Assembly: GCF_009914755.1 (NCBI RefSeq)
Contig: NC_060930.1
DNA: 64,000 nt
From: the human T2T-CHM13v2.0 reference genome, Homo sapiens
Direction: 5' to 3' (one strand)
A program made the position numbers and the translations under genes. The notes under the pieces are model-generated. The model saw only the letters and a program-made list of their open reading frames with translations. It had not been told where the DNA came from and did no database searches. Shown here piece after piece: positions 28,111-45,517 of this stretch; the stretch's first letter is position 1; every line of letters begins with the position of its first letter.

Positions 28111-29948
28111 CTTTTAGTGGGTCCAATTTTACACTCATTTCAAATCAGAAGAAAAGGGAGAAATGATTTACTCTGTCCTGCCAAATCAATTATATTACAC
28201 TAAAAAAATTTGGAATGTTTGCATAACTATTTGTTCTGACCTTCAGACCTAAAATCTTAATATTTAAACTTTATAAAATTTATATTCTTGAAAATACAGT
28301 TTCTTCTTCTGGAATAACTTTTCTTTTGAATTACTTTACTAAATCTCTCTGGAGAAAAAAACAAAAGACAAAAAGAGGAAATAAGAACAAAAAAAAAGAA
28401 GCCATCTGATTCATCACAATACATAGTTTTAGCAACAGAACCTAAATCTTAGAAGCTAATATGTTTAACAGCTAATAAGACAGAATTGAATACAATGAGT
28501 ATGGAGGTGTTTCTTCATTTATCCATCATTGGTTGATTGGAATTTATTTGAATTAAACAGATAACAAAATATACTATTTACTATTCCCCGCATTGCTATG
28601 GAAATGGAAGGACACAAGAGTTATGAAACCTTTGAAATAGTTACTGTTGCTAGGAAACCACTTTCTTGGTGCCTGCACATTCTTCTCATCTTTCTGTCTC
28701 TGGCTGTGCCTGGCTCTAAGACAGTCTTACAGCTCTATGTCAGAGGGGGAAAATCACAAGATCGTGATACAAAACAAGCTACAATAAAACTCTTTCACTA
28801 AATGGAAGGATAAAAGGAAAGTGCTTAAATGGATAATTTTGTTATATCAGTGTGTGAGAATCCTGTGGCTGTTCTGTAGCATCACTAACAGGGCCAAGCT
28901 CCTCTTTTCTCTTTCCCAAGCACTGGCAGGAGGTCTAGGCTGCACCAGATGAGGTCCCAAAATCTGTATCCAAACCTGTGAAGTCATTTTGTAGTGAAAT
29001 GCTTAAAATAAAAAACTTTTCTTTCTTCCCTCTCCCACTCGCACCCTTTTTTAGCCTATTTCCTATTTAGTCTTATTATTTCCACAAGGCGTACAGATAA
29101 ACAAAATGATTTACATGCACATGGCAGTGAATATGTAAAAAAGACAAGCATCCTTACCTGTCTAATCTAAAACCAGTAATATTCCAAAGTAAATCATTAT
29201 AAAAATGAAGCCAGTAGTGATGAAATAACTAGACAACAATATGTAAAGGGTCCATATTGCATATAATATAGTTCAGATGGAGAGTTACATGAACATCCAG
29301 GTTTGACTACTTACAGGGAAATTGAGTATGACTCATTAGCATGGAAGGGTATATCTGTGCCTTCCTTTACTGCAGGATGGGTCAGCTGTTTTAGTTGGTC
29401 TTTGAAGAGGAAGGAGGAGATGATAAAAGACTTCAAAACTCATGGGTTCCTAAGGGAACAATGAGGTTGGAAGATTAGGGAAGTGAAGGTTTCTGGTAGA
29501 GGAAGATGGAGAAAGGTTACTGGGCATATGGTTTCCATGGAGTGGGGCCTGTGGTGAATAGCAGAGAGTTTGATTCTTCTCTGGGACCATATGAAGCACA
29601 TGGAGGCATAAAGCAAATTATGTGATCCTGGACCCTAGTGATTTTTTTTTTTTTTAGAAAGCTATGACTGAAGCAGCAAAAGAAAAACAATACTGATGAC
29701 ATTTGAGGACAAAGCATTGACTAAGTGATGTTTTGTGCTTTCTGGTCAGAATGTTCAATGACCATGATAAGTGGCCATTATGAGTGGTCTCGTAAAGAAA
29801 GATAAATAGATTTCAAAGTTCATAAGTAGCTCAGGGCAGGGAGGGTCAGGGTACTGATTCTAACATTTTGAGCTTGCTTAGAAGGTGGTTGTACTGATTC
29901 TAACATTTTGAGGTTGTACTGATTCTAGCATTTTGAGCTTGCTCAGAA

Positions 29949-32018
<2,070 letters not shown>

Positions 32019-32137
32019 ATTAAGCAAGGTGGGAGTTGGTTGCTAAAAGCTTTATCCTTGTCAGCCTGATTGAAAGTTCAAAAAGAAACACATTTCAGAT
32101 TTTTTTGTTGTTTCATTTGTAATAAAATAGGATGTGG

Positions 32138-32447
32138 GGCCAGGCACAGTGGCTCATGCCTGTAATCCTAGCACTTTTTTTGGGAGCCAAGATGGGAGGA
32201 TTGCTTGAGGCCTGGACTTTTAGACCAGCCTGGGCAACACAGTGAGACCCACATCTCTACAAAAAAAAATTTAAAAAACATTTAGCCAGGTGTGGTGGTG
32301 TGCACCTGTATTACCAGCTATTCAGGAGGAGAAGGTAGTAGGGTTGTTTGAGCTCAGGAGGTCAAGACTGCAGTGAGCCATGATTGAGCCACTGCACTCT
32401 AGCCTGGGTGACAGAGTGAGGCCTCATCTCTAAAAAGAAAAAAAAAA
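32138..32447 (+). mobile_element. AluJ
   Basis: Diverged Alu dimer with ggaggattgcttgagg; degenerate TSD aaaatagRatg. Confidence 0.9.
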
Positions 32448-32997
32448 TAGAATGCAGTACCTTGAAATGGGATAATGTCTGCAGGTATAAAAATAAACCT
32501 GGATTTTACCAAAACAGAGAATGAGGCGCACAAAACTGCTTTTAAATAAGAGCATGGGCATCACACAGGCAAGGACAATATGCTCATATTCTTATATACC
32601 TTTCCAAGAATTCACCAACCTCATTTGACCCAAAAGTCATCCCACTTCTTAGGCAGGGAAATGTAAATTCTAATTCTCCTTCCAGATTAACCTTTCCTGA
32701 CTTAGCAAAATTGCTATTATATTATGAATATTTACATCAGTCTTGATTTTCACACATGGTTCTCCTAGTCCATGCAGAGATTTAAGGGGTTAACAAGAGT
32801 ATGAAATAAGATGGGTGAGATGACATCAGTAAAAAAGCTCAGACAGAGAGTTTGTAACAGAAATTGACAAACTCTGTCATGCCTGCCGTTAACATCAAAC
32901 CATTGCTTGCTGTTACCCACAGCTCTTCTGCAGGATCCTCACACTGCCGTCCCAGCTGTTCCCTACTCTGGGTAGCAGCATGGTGCTTCTGTCTCTA

Positions 32998-33320
<323 letters not shown>

Positions 33321-33614
33321 AAGAAGAGTAGGTGGACACAGACATGTGGATATGTGGATGGACAAATTTCACCTTTCTCTCCTTGCCACTCCTAGATTGT
33401 CCTTGCAATATTGTTAAACTAATAACTGGAGGTTCAATATGTCTTAAATAAAGGTTCAAACTGAAAACTTATTAACTCATGTCTTATTTTTTATCTAAAT
33501 CATAAAAGGTTGGAAATTATGGTACAGCCACTCAATTTCTGACCAGTTGGAGATAATTGTTTTGGTTTATTCCTTCACTTAAACTATCTTATGCTTTGTT
33601 CAGTAAGACAATAG

Positions 33615-33830
33615 AGTGGTACATTGGAATGAAGACTAGCTTTCAAGTCAAGTGACCTGATTCCATTCCCAGCTCTGCTACTTGTTATTTTTATGATCTT
33701 GAGCAAGTTACTTAAGCTCTCTAAGCTTCAAGGTCCTCTTCTGTGACACTGAAATAATGTCTGCCACAAAGGGGATGGCATGAGGCTGAAATGAAATATC
33801 ACCTGAGAAGGCATGGGATCCTGGTGTATG
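33615..33830 (+). mobile_element. MIR
   Basis: cccagctctgctactt...gatcttgagcaagttacttaagctctctaagcttca. Confidence 0.75.
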
Positions 33831-35743
33831 ACACATAATGTCCCTTTCCTTCCTTTCTATTCTCATGCTGAAGAAATGCTGCTACATATTTTTCAGATCA
33901 TGGACATGACATATAATTTAGAGAAGCTTATATGACCTCCTCAAACTGATATAAAAAGTAATTTGAAGGTAAAGAGGTACAACAATTTTAGAGATTAAGT
34001 GATAGATCCTTTAGATATTAAGGGATTCTAATAGAAAGTCATTGGGACTGAAATTTGCATCTGGAATGCATCTTTTTCTTTCATTGTATAGTAAATGGCA
34101 GATTTTCACTTTTTGTTTATTGACTTTGCTATCAGCAAAGTCATTTAATATATTAATAATGTGAAGTCACTCATAATTCATTCATGTCAATTGTCATATC
34201 AACTATCATAATACATATGAAATTGAAAAGTCTTTCATTTCATAATTAGATTGTATAGAATTTAATGATTATGAAAAGCTGAGCTGTTTGTTAAAATATG
34301 AAACAATGGTAGAAATGAGATTCAAAAAATAAAAGGCCACATAAGAAACTCTTCTCCCCCGAAGGAAAAATTACAAATAATTACAAGAATGTAACTTTAC
34401 TTATTTTCCTGGCTTAGAATGATCCTCTTGAATAGGAAATCAAGAAGAATTACTGTAGGTAAAACTGTCTTCTTAAAAGTGAAGATTCAGGGTCTGATTT
34501 GCTCAGTAGCTAAATACAGAGCCCGTTTCAAACTGTGGAGCTCTTTCCTGTGAGGTTTGTCTGAATTGCAACACTGCCAAACATCGCTCGGTGCTCTTCC
34601 CTAGCAGTCTCTAACTCTGGCACCAGCTTCCACAATGACGCGCTACCAGCTGCCTTCAGAGCGAAGACCAGTCCAGAAGCTCTCAGCCTGCTGCTGTTGA
34701 TATAAAGTGAATCCCTCTCCTGGTTCAGAAGACAAGAGCGAGACACACCCCTGCAAACCTCTTTGAACTCATGTCTCATCCAAAAATCCATCAGCATTTA
34801 TAGCTTTTTCAGGAGTTTTTAGAGCAACCCCAGCAGGAGCCAGTCAAAATAACTTTGGAAGTGCATGGTTAGATTCTTTTCAGGAGACAACCTTGATAGC
34901 TTATTGTTTTTTCTTCACCTTATTGTGTGATGTTTCTCGCCATTCTTTTTTTTTTTTCATTTTACAACATGCCATTAGATTGCCTTAAAGTCTCCTAAAT
35001 ATCCCAATATTAGTTACATATCTGTTCCTTGCTACTCCTGCAGATATTTGACCCTCTGCCTATCAATTCAGGTGAAAGATCTATTACAGATTATTATAAA
35101 AAGAAAAAATTTGAAGTCTAGATTTTAACTGTGCCATAATTTATCTTAAATATTAAATTGTTTCCTATAGGTTTAGTAAAAAAATTGCATTTACTGGTAT
35201 CAAGTAATTTTTTTAATGTTAATTTCACAAGAACTCAAAGATGCAATGATTTTAATATCTAATAAATCTTAAATTTAGTTGTTACCTAAAATAAGTGATT
35301 TTCCAAATGGTAAGTCAAAGAATAATATTATTGCCAGGCATTAGAAATATGACTGTTGGCACAGAATATTTTAATATTCTGGTTGAGAAAGCAAGATCTA
35401 GAATCTGTCTTATTTTATTTTATTTTTTTTATTTTTTGCGTTTTCTGCTTGTTTGAAACATAGACTTGCTTTTTACAAAAACTCAATTATTCTTCATCAG
35501 CACAATTCACATCAATTCACCAAAATCAAGTCTCTCTTAGTTTACCAGATACAAAATTCAATTAATTATCCAAACACGTTCAAATAGCTGTGAATGCGTT
35601 TTCCAGATACCATCTTGCCTGAAGTATTCTATTCTGTGATAAGAAATGTGCACTATGAAATCTAATCTAATCATTCTTTCCTGACAGTGTTGGACAAATA
35701 TTTAAGACTAATATAGACTAATTCATCCAGATTCCCTAGATAC

Positions 35744-36068
<325 letters not shown>

Positions 36069-38430
36069 TAAATAAAATGGAGCATTTAGAATAAAGTAGA
36101 ATTTCTTATGCAAATCTTTCTAAATTAGAGGTATCAGAGGCACTAAAAGTGTCAGAGAATCTAGCACTTAAATTGTGACATATGACCATTAAAATGACCT
36201 TGAATTTACTGGAGAATATTTATTCTTTTTTGATTTATATTTCTTCTGAATAGCATTTAATGATTCATGAAGCTGACATCATCATTCAGTGTAGAAATGC
36301 CCTTAATCTATTGTCCCATTTGGGAGTTTGGTAGTGAAAGGTATTGATTTTATATGTGTGTGTGTTCTGAAAAGACGTGGATTTCTTTTACATCTCCTTC
36401 AAGCAACTAAGAGTTGATTTTGAAAAGAAACCTACAAAAATTGTATTTCCATATTTCATAGTCAGCCAAAAATATTGGTAACTATGCTTTGAAGGTCTGA
36501 AAATTGGGAGTGGTTAGCAAGGACCATTCAAATTAATCTTTGGTATTGCCAAAATATTTCTCATTTTATATATGCTGACCTAGAAATATGTCTGATAGAA
36601 ATCTTCATGAGACAAGCTCCCAGAAGGCACCATTGCTAACACAGTTTATCTTCCTTTGTAAAATGTCTTTCTTTAATAGTTGCCTTGAGGTGCAAACAGA
36701 AAGTTAATATGTACCTATTTTTCTGACATTGGTTTCTAGGATTTTTTTTCTAAAAACAGATATACTTTCTTAATGGTTTCCCCAAATCAAGTGTCTGCAT
36801 AATAGAAAAAGTAATGATCTGACAAAGACTCATTACCAATTTTCGATTACTAATGTCTCTCTTTAGAACATACAACAACTTCTTAATCTAAAAAGGAGGA
36901 GCTTGAAAGCCTTCACATCTGAAAAATCTAATTTTATCCCAGTTGTGTCTCCTTTACCAGGAAAAGCTAGATTATTTAGTTATAAATATTTATTCAGTTC
37001 TTCAGGAAAAGATGATCAGACTAGATTTCACTACGTCTGTACTTAACTGATGTGTTTGAAAAAGGAAATAAGAAATTACCTTGCTTGGTATCAGGTAATG
37101 CATTCTTTTTCAAAGAAATTCTAAATTTAGAAATATTAGAGTAATAGAATGGAAGACAGGTCAGAGAACACTGAGTCTATCCCCATTCCTTTACTTCACA
37201 GACATTATGGCCACATCAGTAGGATTAGGACCGGAGGTGGAGAAATAGAAGTGGACAGAGGTCTCATTATTGGGCCAGTTGGCCAGTCTTTGGTTGTGAT
37301 TAGACTTAGTGTCAGTTTCCAAATCCTGCAATGTGGCAATTTAGGAGAGAGGCTACTAATGACTATGAAATGAGTGAGAGGACAAGGAGGAAGCTAAAAA
37401 CAATGTAATAGGCTCAGTTTTGTTTTGTTTTGTTTTGTTTCCTGGCCAACAGGTATATTATGAATATCTCACATCAAAATGGTGACAAGAGATCTTATAT
37501 CACTGCTTCTCAAAAGTGAAAATCTCTATATGTTAACCTTATTAGTCCCTATAATGATGCATCAGTAAAATAGGGAAAACATCATCTATGATTTGTTTTT
37601 TAATCCAATAAAACAGAGTGTAATAAACAAGAAAGGGAAAGTCAATAATATGAAGTTAGAAAAACAAAGTAGTGAAATGACCTTGACATTGACTTGGAAT
37701 AAGTAGCTACTTGGAAAGATGTCCATCAACAGCTCGTGGGGAGCTTGATGAACCTCTGGAAGTGGAAAGAACAGGCTGATGCTGAGACACTGTAAGAACA
37801 GAATAACTATCAATTGCTTTTTGTGTTTGTTACTCAGCTATTCATGTTCCTTGACTTGTTTTTTAACAAAAGAATTAATGTAATGTTCTTAGAACTTTCG
37901 TGAGATGTGTTTGTTCTTTCTTCAGAATTTGATTATAAATGGATATTTGGATATTAAGGAAGTTTGGCTTTGCAAAGTGACTTTATTGGCAAGTCAGTCC
38001 ACCAGAAGTAGTGCTGTTTTGTTTCCCTTTTGTTTCATTATGTTTTGTTTTAAATCAGGGCACATAGTACTTGAAGGGAGACAAGAGATAGTCTACTCAA
38101 AGATTTCTTACATGAGACATAAAAAGAAACATCCCAAATCAATTTCAGTCAAAAGATCATTGAATAATCTCATTTTTCGTAATATTTAAAGCTGTTATGA
38201 AGATAATGCCATAGCAAATAGTAAATCTCCCTTAAAAGACACACATATTACATACAACAGTGGAATAAATCTGCCTTCTGGCAAGAATTATTAGTGTTGA
38301 GCCAGATATAGCTATTTTGATAGCTAAGGAGTTCCCAGCACTTCCCTCTATAGGTTATGGCAAGCAATAAATTTCCTTGGCATACAGCAAAAGTCCAGGT
38401 ACACCAGCATTTGTATTAAAAAGTAAACAA

Positions 38431-38753
<323 letters not shown>

Positions 38754-38881
38754 AAGTAAACAAAATCAGTATAAGATAGTAAAATCAGTGATAACCACTG
38801 CCTCAGAGCTGATTGCCAAGATAGACAGTATCTTGTCATTATTAAGAGAGAAGAAAATTAATGTGTTCCCCCTCCCCACAG

Positions 38882-38977
38882 GTTCAGGATGCATTTAGAT
38901 GCCGATTGAGAAACTGTCAGGATCCCATCAATGCAGATTCTTCGAGTTCGTTTCCTAATGGGCATGCTCAAATCATG
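38882..38977 (+). CDS. ADGRB3: ADGRB3 exon, 96 nt, helix 8 / proximal C-tail
   Basis: ctccccacag|GTTCAG...ATCATG|gtgagt; [32 protein letters not shown]; phase 0-0. Confidence 0.96.
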
Positions 38978-39320
38978 GTGAGTTTTTATTTTTCCCCGAT
39001 TGTTAATTAACTCATGATTTCTCAAGGGAATAAAAGAAATCCTTATGAGTAAAATAGTGTAAAATTTTCATTTTGATTGACTTTGGCTTCAGTTCATTAA
39101 TAGACTGTGAACTCTGGTACCACAGAAGTATTATTTCCAGATGGCTTCAGAGTCCAGGACATGTTGTTGGCTCCCTGGGGTGTTGAGTGTGGGAGTCCTA
39201 TGCAACACTGTGAAGTATGTTCCTCCTTGCGTAGAATTAGGGCTAATGATTTATGCATAGGATCATGTGGATGTCTTTTACAGATCAGAACACTATGAAC
39301 CTGCACTTCTAGTCTTAAAG

Positions 39321-39453
39321 CAGTGGTTCTTGGCCTTAGTGAAACATTGGAATCATCAGGGGAGCTACACCACAGACCAATTAAAATCAAAATATTGGGA
39401 GTAGGACCTAGGTATTGGTGATTCCAGTATGCAGCCTAAGATGAGAACCACTG
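39321..39453. mobile_element. MER5-family hAT MITE
   Basis: TIRs CAGTGGTTCT / AGAACCACTG; degenerate 8-bp TSD tcttaaag / ttctaaag. Confidence 0.82.
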
Positions 39454-40469
39454 TTCTAAAGTGTAAGGAGTAGCCACTCTTTTAGTGAAAGACCAGTTAT
39501 TGTACATGAGCTCTGGTTATTATTGGAATCAAAGTGTACTTTAGGTATAACCACTTTGATGTATTTTAGAAATAAGATGAGATTTAAACTCTGTCATTTA
39601 AAGCAGGAATTAAATAGGACAGTTTTACTTTTACAGTATATTCAATTTATTATTAACTTTTTTGAACTAGGCAACAATAATAAACTAGATGATACATTAG
39701 TAACTAAGACTTTACAAAGAATAATCAACTCCTTACTAAAAACAAATAGATAGCCAAAATCTCTGATTTAAAATATTAATAGGGAAAGGCATTTGATTGG
39801 AAGACCCTGATCAAGATAATGAAATTTTATCATTTCAAAACATTAATTGATTTGCTTAAAATAAAAGTTTTAGGAAAATATGAGGTCACAACTAAACCCC
39901 AGAAGGTTCTCGACCAGATGAGTATGGTTTAATCTTCAGTTTTAAGTCCTAAACCTGAAAGCTTTTTGCCACATTTGAGTGAAAATGAATCATTAGAAGA
40001 GCCTAGTTTGAGCCTAGTTTAACCTAGTTTGACAAAGCTGGATTCTAAGATGTTACATTACAAGCAATATATTCAAATTGAATGTTTAAAAATGCCAATA
40101 ACAAACATAATTATTTAAGAATATTCATAATAATTCACATTCTGATGTCTTTATTATGGTTAGAGAATTGCCTTAAAATTCTATCCTTCTAATATATAGT
40201 AATCAGTTTCCAGACTGAAGATGACACTGGGTATTGTATTATCTTATTAAAATTGTGTGCTATGTTTCCTTTGATTTTATTTAACATTTGGGCTCTAGAA
40301 AACACTGTTGAAAACAATCTAATTATACATAGAGAAATTTCCTATGAACAAAACAATAAACTTGTACTGCCAAGTTAGATATCTGTAAACTTCAGATAAT
40401 CTGATTAGTAAAAGACACTTGAGGTCTTCATTAAATGATGGTTCTATGTCTTATTATTTATTGTTACAG

Positions 40470-40509
40470 ACAGACTTTGAAAAGGATGTAGACATTGCCT
40501 GTCGATCAG
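40470..40509 (+). CDS. ADGRB3: ADGRB3 exon, 40 nt, C-tail
   Basis: ttgttacag|ACAGAC...ATCAG|gtaaga; TDFEKDVDIACRS(V); phase 0-1. Confidence 0.95.
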
Positions 40510-40609
40510 GTAAGAATATTTAGATTTTGAAATCTAATCAGTAGGGATGTTCAATCATTTCTATAGATTTTAATTTTAAAGAAAATGCTGTGGTTTACAC
40601 ATTACATAT

Positions 40610-41067
40610 TGTTCTGTGAAAGGGCTGTATATGTAAAGCAGCCCCCAAATGCCAAAGGAGCTGAGAAACCAAAGAACGAGGCAGAAAAATCCAGTTGTTG
40701 GTAAAAGGTAGGATATTAGGGAACTTACAGACAGGAGTGTAGTCTTGGGCAGCAGCAAGACAGATAGATCCCCACACAGTTACTCTTCAGACACAGGGTT
40801 TATATACCATAGGGAAAGGGGAAACATGCTGTATAGACAATTAAAGGCAACCCTCCAGAATGGGCAAGAGTGCTATGTGCCTCATAGCCTATGATTTGTA
40901 CAATAACATCAAGGTTGCTTTGATCTACAGGCAGAATTTGTAATGAGTACATGTTCTTACATTAAGCACACTAAATAAAGTAAGAATCAGGAGGCATTCA
41001 TAGGACTGGGGTTATTGAGAAATCAAAATGGAGGATTAGCATTCAAGATGGAGTCACTGTCTCCATA
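40610..41067 (-). mobile_element. Solo LTR (LTR47-like), antisense
   Basis: Reverse complement begins tggagacagtgactccatcttgaatgctaatcc..., matching recalled LTR47 5' end; ~460 bp; family from memory. Confidence 0.7.
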
Positions 41068-41689
41068 TTTATGTGTATGACAAAATAGAATTCTTAAAAT
41101 GGAAGGACTGTAATAATGGAAGTGTGTTTGTGGAGGAAGAAGGAGAGAGAGAGAGAAAAAGAGAGAGAGAACAAGAGAAATGAGAGAAAAACTAAGAATG
41201 GTTCATTGGAAACACCATGACAGCAGAAAAACTTTCACATGGAGACATAAGATTTCCATTCCACCAAGTAATGGTTGTTGGGTGTAAGGCCAGTCAATTT
41301 AACCTTTCTGTGCCTCTATTTTATCAAGTACGGAATATGGGTTATTGTAAAGATGGAATTGCATTGTCTGTATGTGTATTAAGGTTGTTGTGGTTTTAAT
41401 TTTACAAAGGGTGAAGAGAAGCTCTGCAGCACGTCCTGTTTAGAGGGTTGTATGCCATAATCTCCCAGCCTGTGGCTAAATTCTCACCAGAGTAGATGGC
41501 TCAATAGTTTTAAAGGAAACTATATGTTCAATTTTGGGGGATAGTTCCAATTGTTGGAATATGGTCCTTTGTAGGAACAGAATATGCCTCATTTTACCTT
41601 TTATTTGTTGATCTTGGTGCTGCCTTTCAAAACAACAGTGAATATCTACTTCATCTAAATATCCAACTATCTTAAAGCAATTATCATTT

Positions 41690-42700
41690 AGCCCAATCCA
41701 AGTATTTTTTTCTTCAGATTAAACAAGCCTTGTTTCATCCTTCATTTCTTGTAGCATTCTCTGAGGCACGATGCCCAAGGTAGCCTCCGATTTATCAATA
41801 ATTTTAAATTATCGTGCTCAAATATATACATGTTCACCCAGCATTTATCACAGTGGGCTCTTTACTTGTATTAATGATTTGCATATGATTTCTATTTCAG
41901 TACTAGTGTCAACTTACCTGAAATTCCTAAAACTTTTTGTAGAAGTTGTCAGGGCATCCCCAGTCTTATTTGTAAAGGTTTTGTTTTTGGTATGTTTTCC
42001 TTGAAAAAGAAATTTGTCCTTTGCAGTTATGTCTATTTGCTATTATTTTACCAATTTCAGGTTAGCATACTATCCATTTCCATTGTTTGGTGACTAAAAG
42101 TTTGATAAGACTACCTTCTAAGTCTTTATTCAAACTGTAGTTAAAAGAGTTGAATGGCATGAAACCTAGTAGAGAAACCTGCTATATTCAGTAAGGCACC
42201 CCCTTACTGCCAGCAGACCTCCTCTACATGGAGCTTTCAGATTCAACTCAAAACCATTAAACATCTGTACAGAATCTCAGGTCCTGTCATGATCACAAGA
42301 ATATGAGAAACTAATCTCATATTCTCATTCCTGGATTTAATCTAAATACTCTATGTAGAGTATGGTCATAGCAAAACAGTAAGGTAACTATCATGATTTG
42401 GCAACCTGTAGTGGACCTGCACTGGGCATTAGAAATCACTATCTCCTGTTGAAAACCTAACAAAATGTTGTCAGGATGCAGTCTCACTAGTGCTTGGTTT
42501 CCAGAATTGATCGTTTTCCTTTTTTGGATAATTGATATAATATTGTCACTGTGCTCCATCCACCTGCCATAATTTCTCAAAAATCACTAGCCATGGTGCC
42601 AATTTCCACATCTATGTTCCAAGATGGAATGTGATTTGTCCGGGTTTAGAAGCTTGAATTTATTTACAATGAATAAGTATTCATTTAATTCCTAATCTTC
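41690..42700 (-). mobile_element. Possible very old L3/CR1 fragments
   Basis: ttcttcagattaaacaagcc; aaaagagttgaatggcatgaaacctagtagagaaacctg resemble antisense CR1 RT; weak. Confidence 0.4.
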
Positions 42701-42818
42701 CACCTTCAGTGTTGTTTTTTTCAGCCTCATTTGGTGTACTCATTACAGTTCTCCTTGATAGAGAAGCAATATAAGAGCAGACAGGTTTGTCTTTCCTCTA
42801 ACAGCTGTAACATTAAAC

Positions 42819-43001
42819 CAGTGGTTGTCAAAGAGTGGTCCCTAGACCATCAGTGTTATCATCACCTGAGAACTTATTAGAAATGCATATTTTGAGGCCC
42901 TAACCCAGGCCTTTGGGGTCTGAAACTGGAGGTTGGGGTATAGGAACTAGTTATAAGCCATCCAGATAATTTTGATGCATGCTAAAATTTGAGTACCACT
43001 G
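42819..43001. mobile_element. MER5A
   Basis: CAGTGGTTGTCAAA...TTTGAGTACCACTG TIRs; TSD cattaaac / tattagac. Confidence 0.85.
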
Positions 43002-45517
43002 TATTAGACCATCCTCCTCAAGCTGTGATCTCATCTCTGCAGTATTTATCTTGTTCTCCTTCATTAAATTACAGATTTTTCCCGGGCCTCATTGTATGCT
43101 GGGATTTAGCATCCCTAATACAGGCCAGTGCCATTATTTTATTAGAAAATAATTTTTCTAATGTTTTCATTTGTTATTGGTGCCCTTTTCAGTTGAGCCC
43201 ATTAGGATCTTTCTTCTGAGTTTATCTAGAGTTGTCTGTCTATGTTGAAGCGTATTCATGAACTCTGAATAATCTTTCTTTATACTGAGGTGAAATTCAC
43301 TTCCCTAAATGGCAGCATTTCCATCTGATCATGCCAAATATTCAGTTGCTTTATATTTTGTTTGAAGTTTGTGTTTCACTACTTGATTAGTTTCTCTCGA
43401 AAGTCCCATCACTTTAACATCATGTTTTCGTGTGTAGGTGGTATGATTTGTTTATGCTGTATATTCAAAACTTGGATATACATTTTAAGTAAGTCTAAGA
43501 GGCAGGCATTTCTCTCGTATAGAGCAGCCACTACTGCAAAAGAAGAATTATCTTTCTTTACACACACACGTATATATATATATATTTTTTTTCAGCAAAC
43601 ACAACTATATCACTTGATTGAAATGTGTTGGCTATAATTATAAATCATATTACATTTGTGCAAAACTTAATGTATCTTGTACGAATTTAAATTATAGAGT
43701 CAATACACAGTACCAATACTTCCTTTATAGTTTTTTAATAAAAGATTAAACTTATCTATATATTTTAATGAAACAAAATAGGTTCCCATATATTTTACTG
43801 CTATAAATTTTGGAATTATTTTTATATACAATTAAGGGTTAAAAGTGTTCCTTACTGAATTTGGAGATTTTTTTTAAGTATTTATTTACAATATCATTAA
43901 ATCATTACAATATCATTAAATTTAGCATACTTTGCCCCTTACTATGTCATGTATCATTACTCCTGGAAATTACAACTCATTATTGATCTATTATATTAAG
44001 ACTTTTGGAAATAACTTTTTAAAACTGAATTATTCTACTTTTTATTATGTATAACACTTAATTACATAAAAAGGCACAGCAAAATTGTTAATCTTAAAAA
44101 AAAGATGTAAATTTAACATGATTTTTACTGCCTAAGATAAAGAGACAATAATACAATAACTAGATATAATATCTTTCAAGATAACAGATATTACATGAAT
44201 GATTCATGTTTTGAAATAATTTTAAAGTCTTGTTTCTATGTAACAGGGAAAGACATAATCTTTTTCAACTTCTGCTTTAATGAATAATAATTATGATTCT
44301 ACTTGAAAATTGGATAATAATGGAAAAAAATCAGTATATCTGAAACTTTTTATGAGGAGACAATAAACCAGACTTTTACAGTCATCTATGCCTAATGAAA
44401 TTTTAAATGATGATTGCTCTACTTCGTAGGTAGGTTAGCACCAGATGTGCATGTTGAACCAACTTCGCACAGCGCTATTCTGTGTGCTTTCAATTCCAAA
44501 GTTACAAAAATAAGTCTTCAGAATTTTATTCATTTGTATCCTCAAAACTGATGATTGTTCATAACTAAGCATGCTTTGTGTTATTCTGCCCTATTATCCC
44601 CAAAACATGGCTTTCTTTTTATACAGAGGCAAAAAGAGAAAAAAAAACTAAAATATATTTTAATAAAGAATTATTTACTCTTTTGTTGATTGTTTTTGTT
44701 TGGTTTGGTTTGCATTTTTGTTTTGTTCCCTTTCATACTACAAGTTATCATAGATTTTTTTCCCTAAATCATTATTCTTAGGCTTAAAGTGGAACAAAGA
44801 TTTTGGAGGTTCATAAAGTGTTTTTTTCTTAAACTCAGCTGGCAATTTTAATATTCCCGCAAGGGCATTCCAGCTTATAGATTAATTTTTTAAATTTTCT
44901 TTCTTCCATATAAAACTGAATATGATAAATACTTTTGAATATTGTATCCACCTTGACCATATGGACTTCAGTGAAAAAATCCTCATTAATTTTCAATATG
45001 CATAATTTTTGGAGGGATTTCTGATCCAGTAGGATGAAGTTCCCATTAATTATCCCTTCAAGAAGCATTTTAATGAGCGTAACTTCTAGAACACATTGGA
45101 GGGAAAGCCATTAAGAAAAAAATCAAATTTGTATGAATATGTTCATAATTTTACAAAAATCCTTTGGAGCACATTGATGGAGAAAACTTCTCTGGTAATC
45201 TCCTATTTCCCTGAAAAGTTATATGGAGTTGTTTAAGGACAGGGTACTAAGATTTTTGAAAGCCCATTAATCAACTTTCAGATTTGCTTTAGCTATGGGC
45301 TACCTGAGATCTATGAGAGCATAACAGAATCAATGAAAAGTGATTGAGTAATCTCTCTGGACCATGTACAAACAAATTGATATGTATTTTTTTTAAATAA
45401 CATACCTACCAAATAATATATCTTTAATGTTTAGTAGAAAGCGAGACAACATAATATAATAATGAAAAATAAACACACATTAACTCTCTTTCTTCAACTT
45501 TACATTCCTACTCACAG

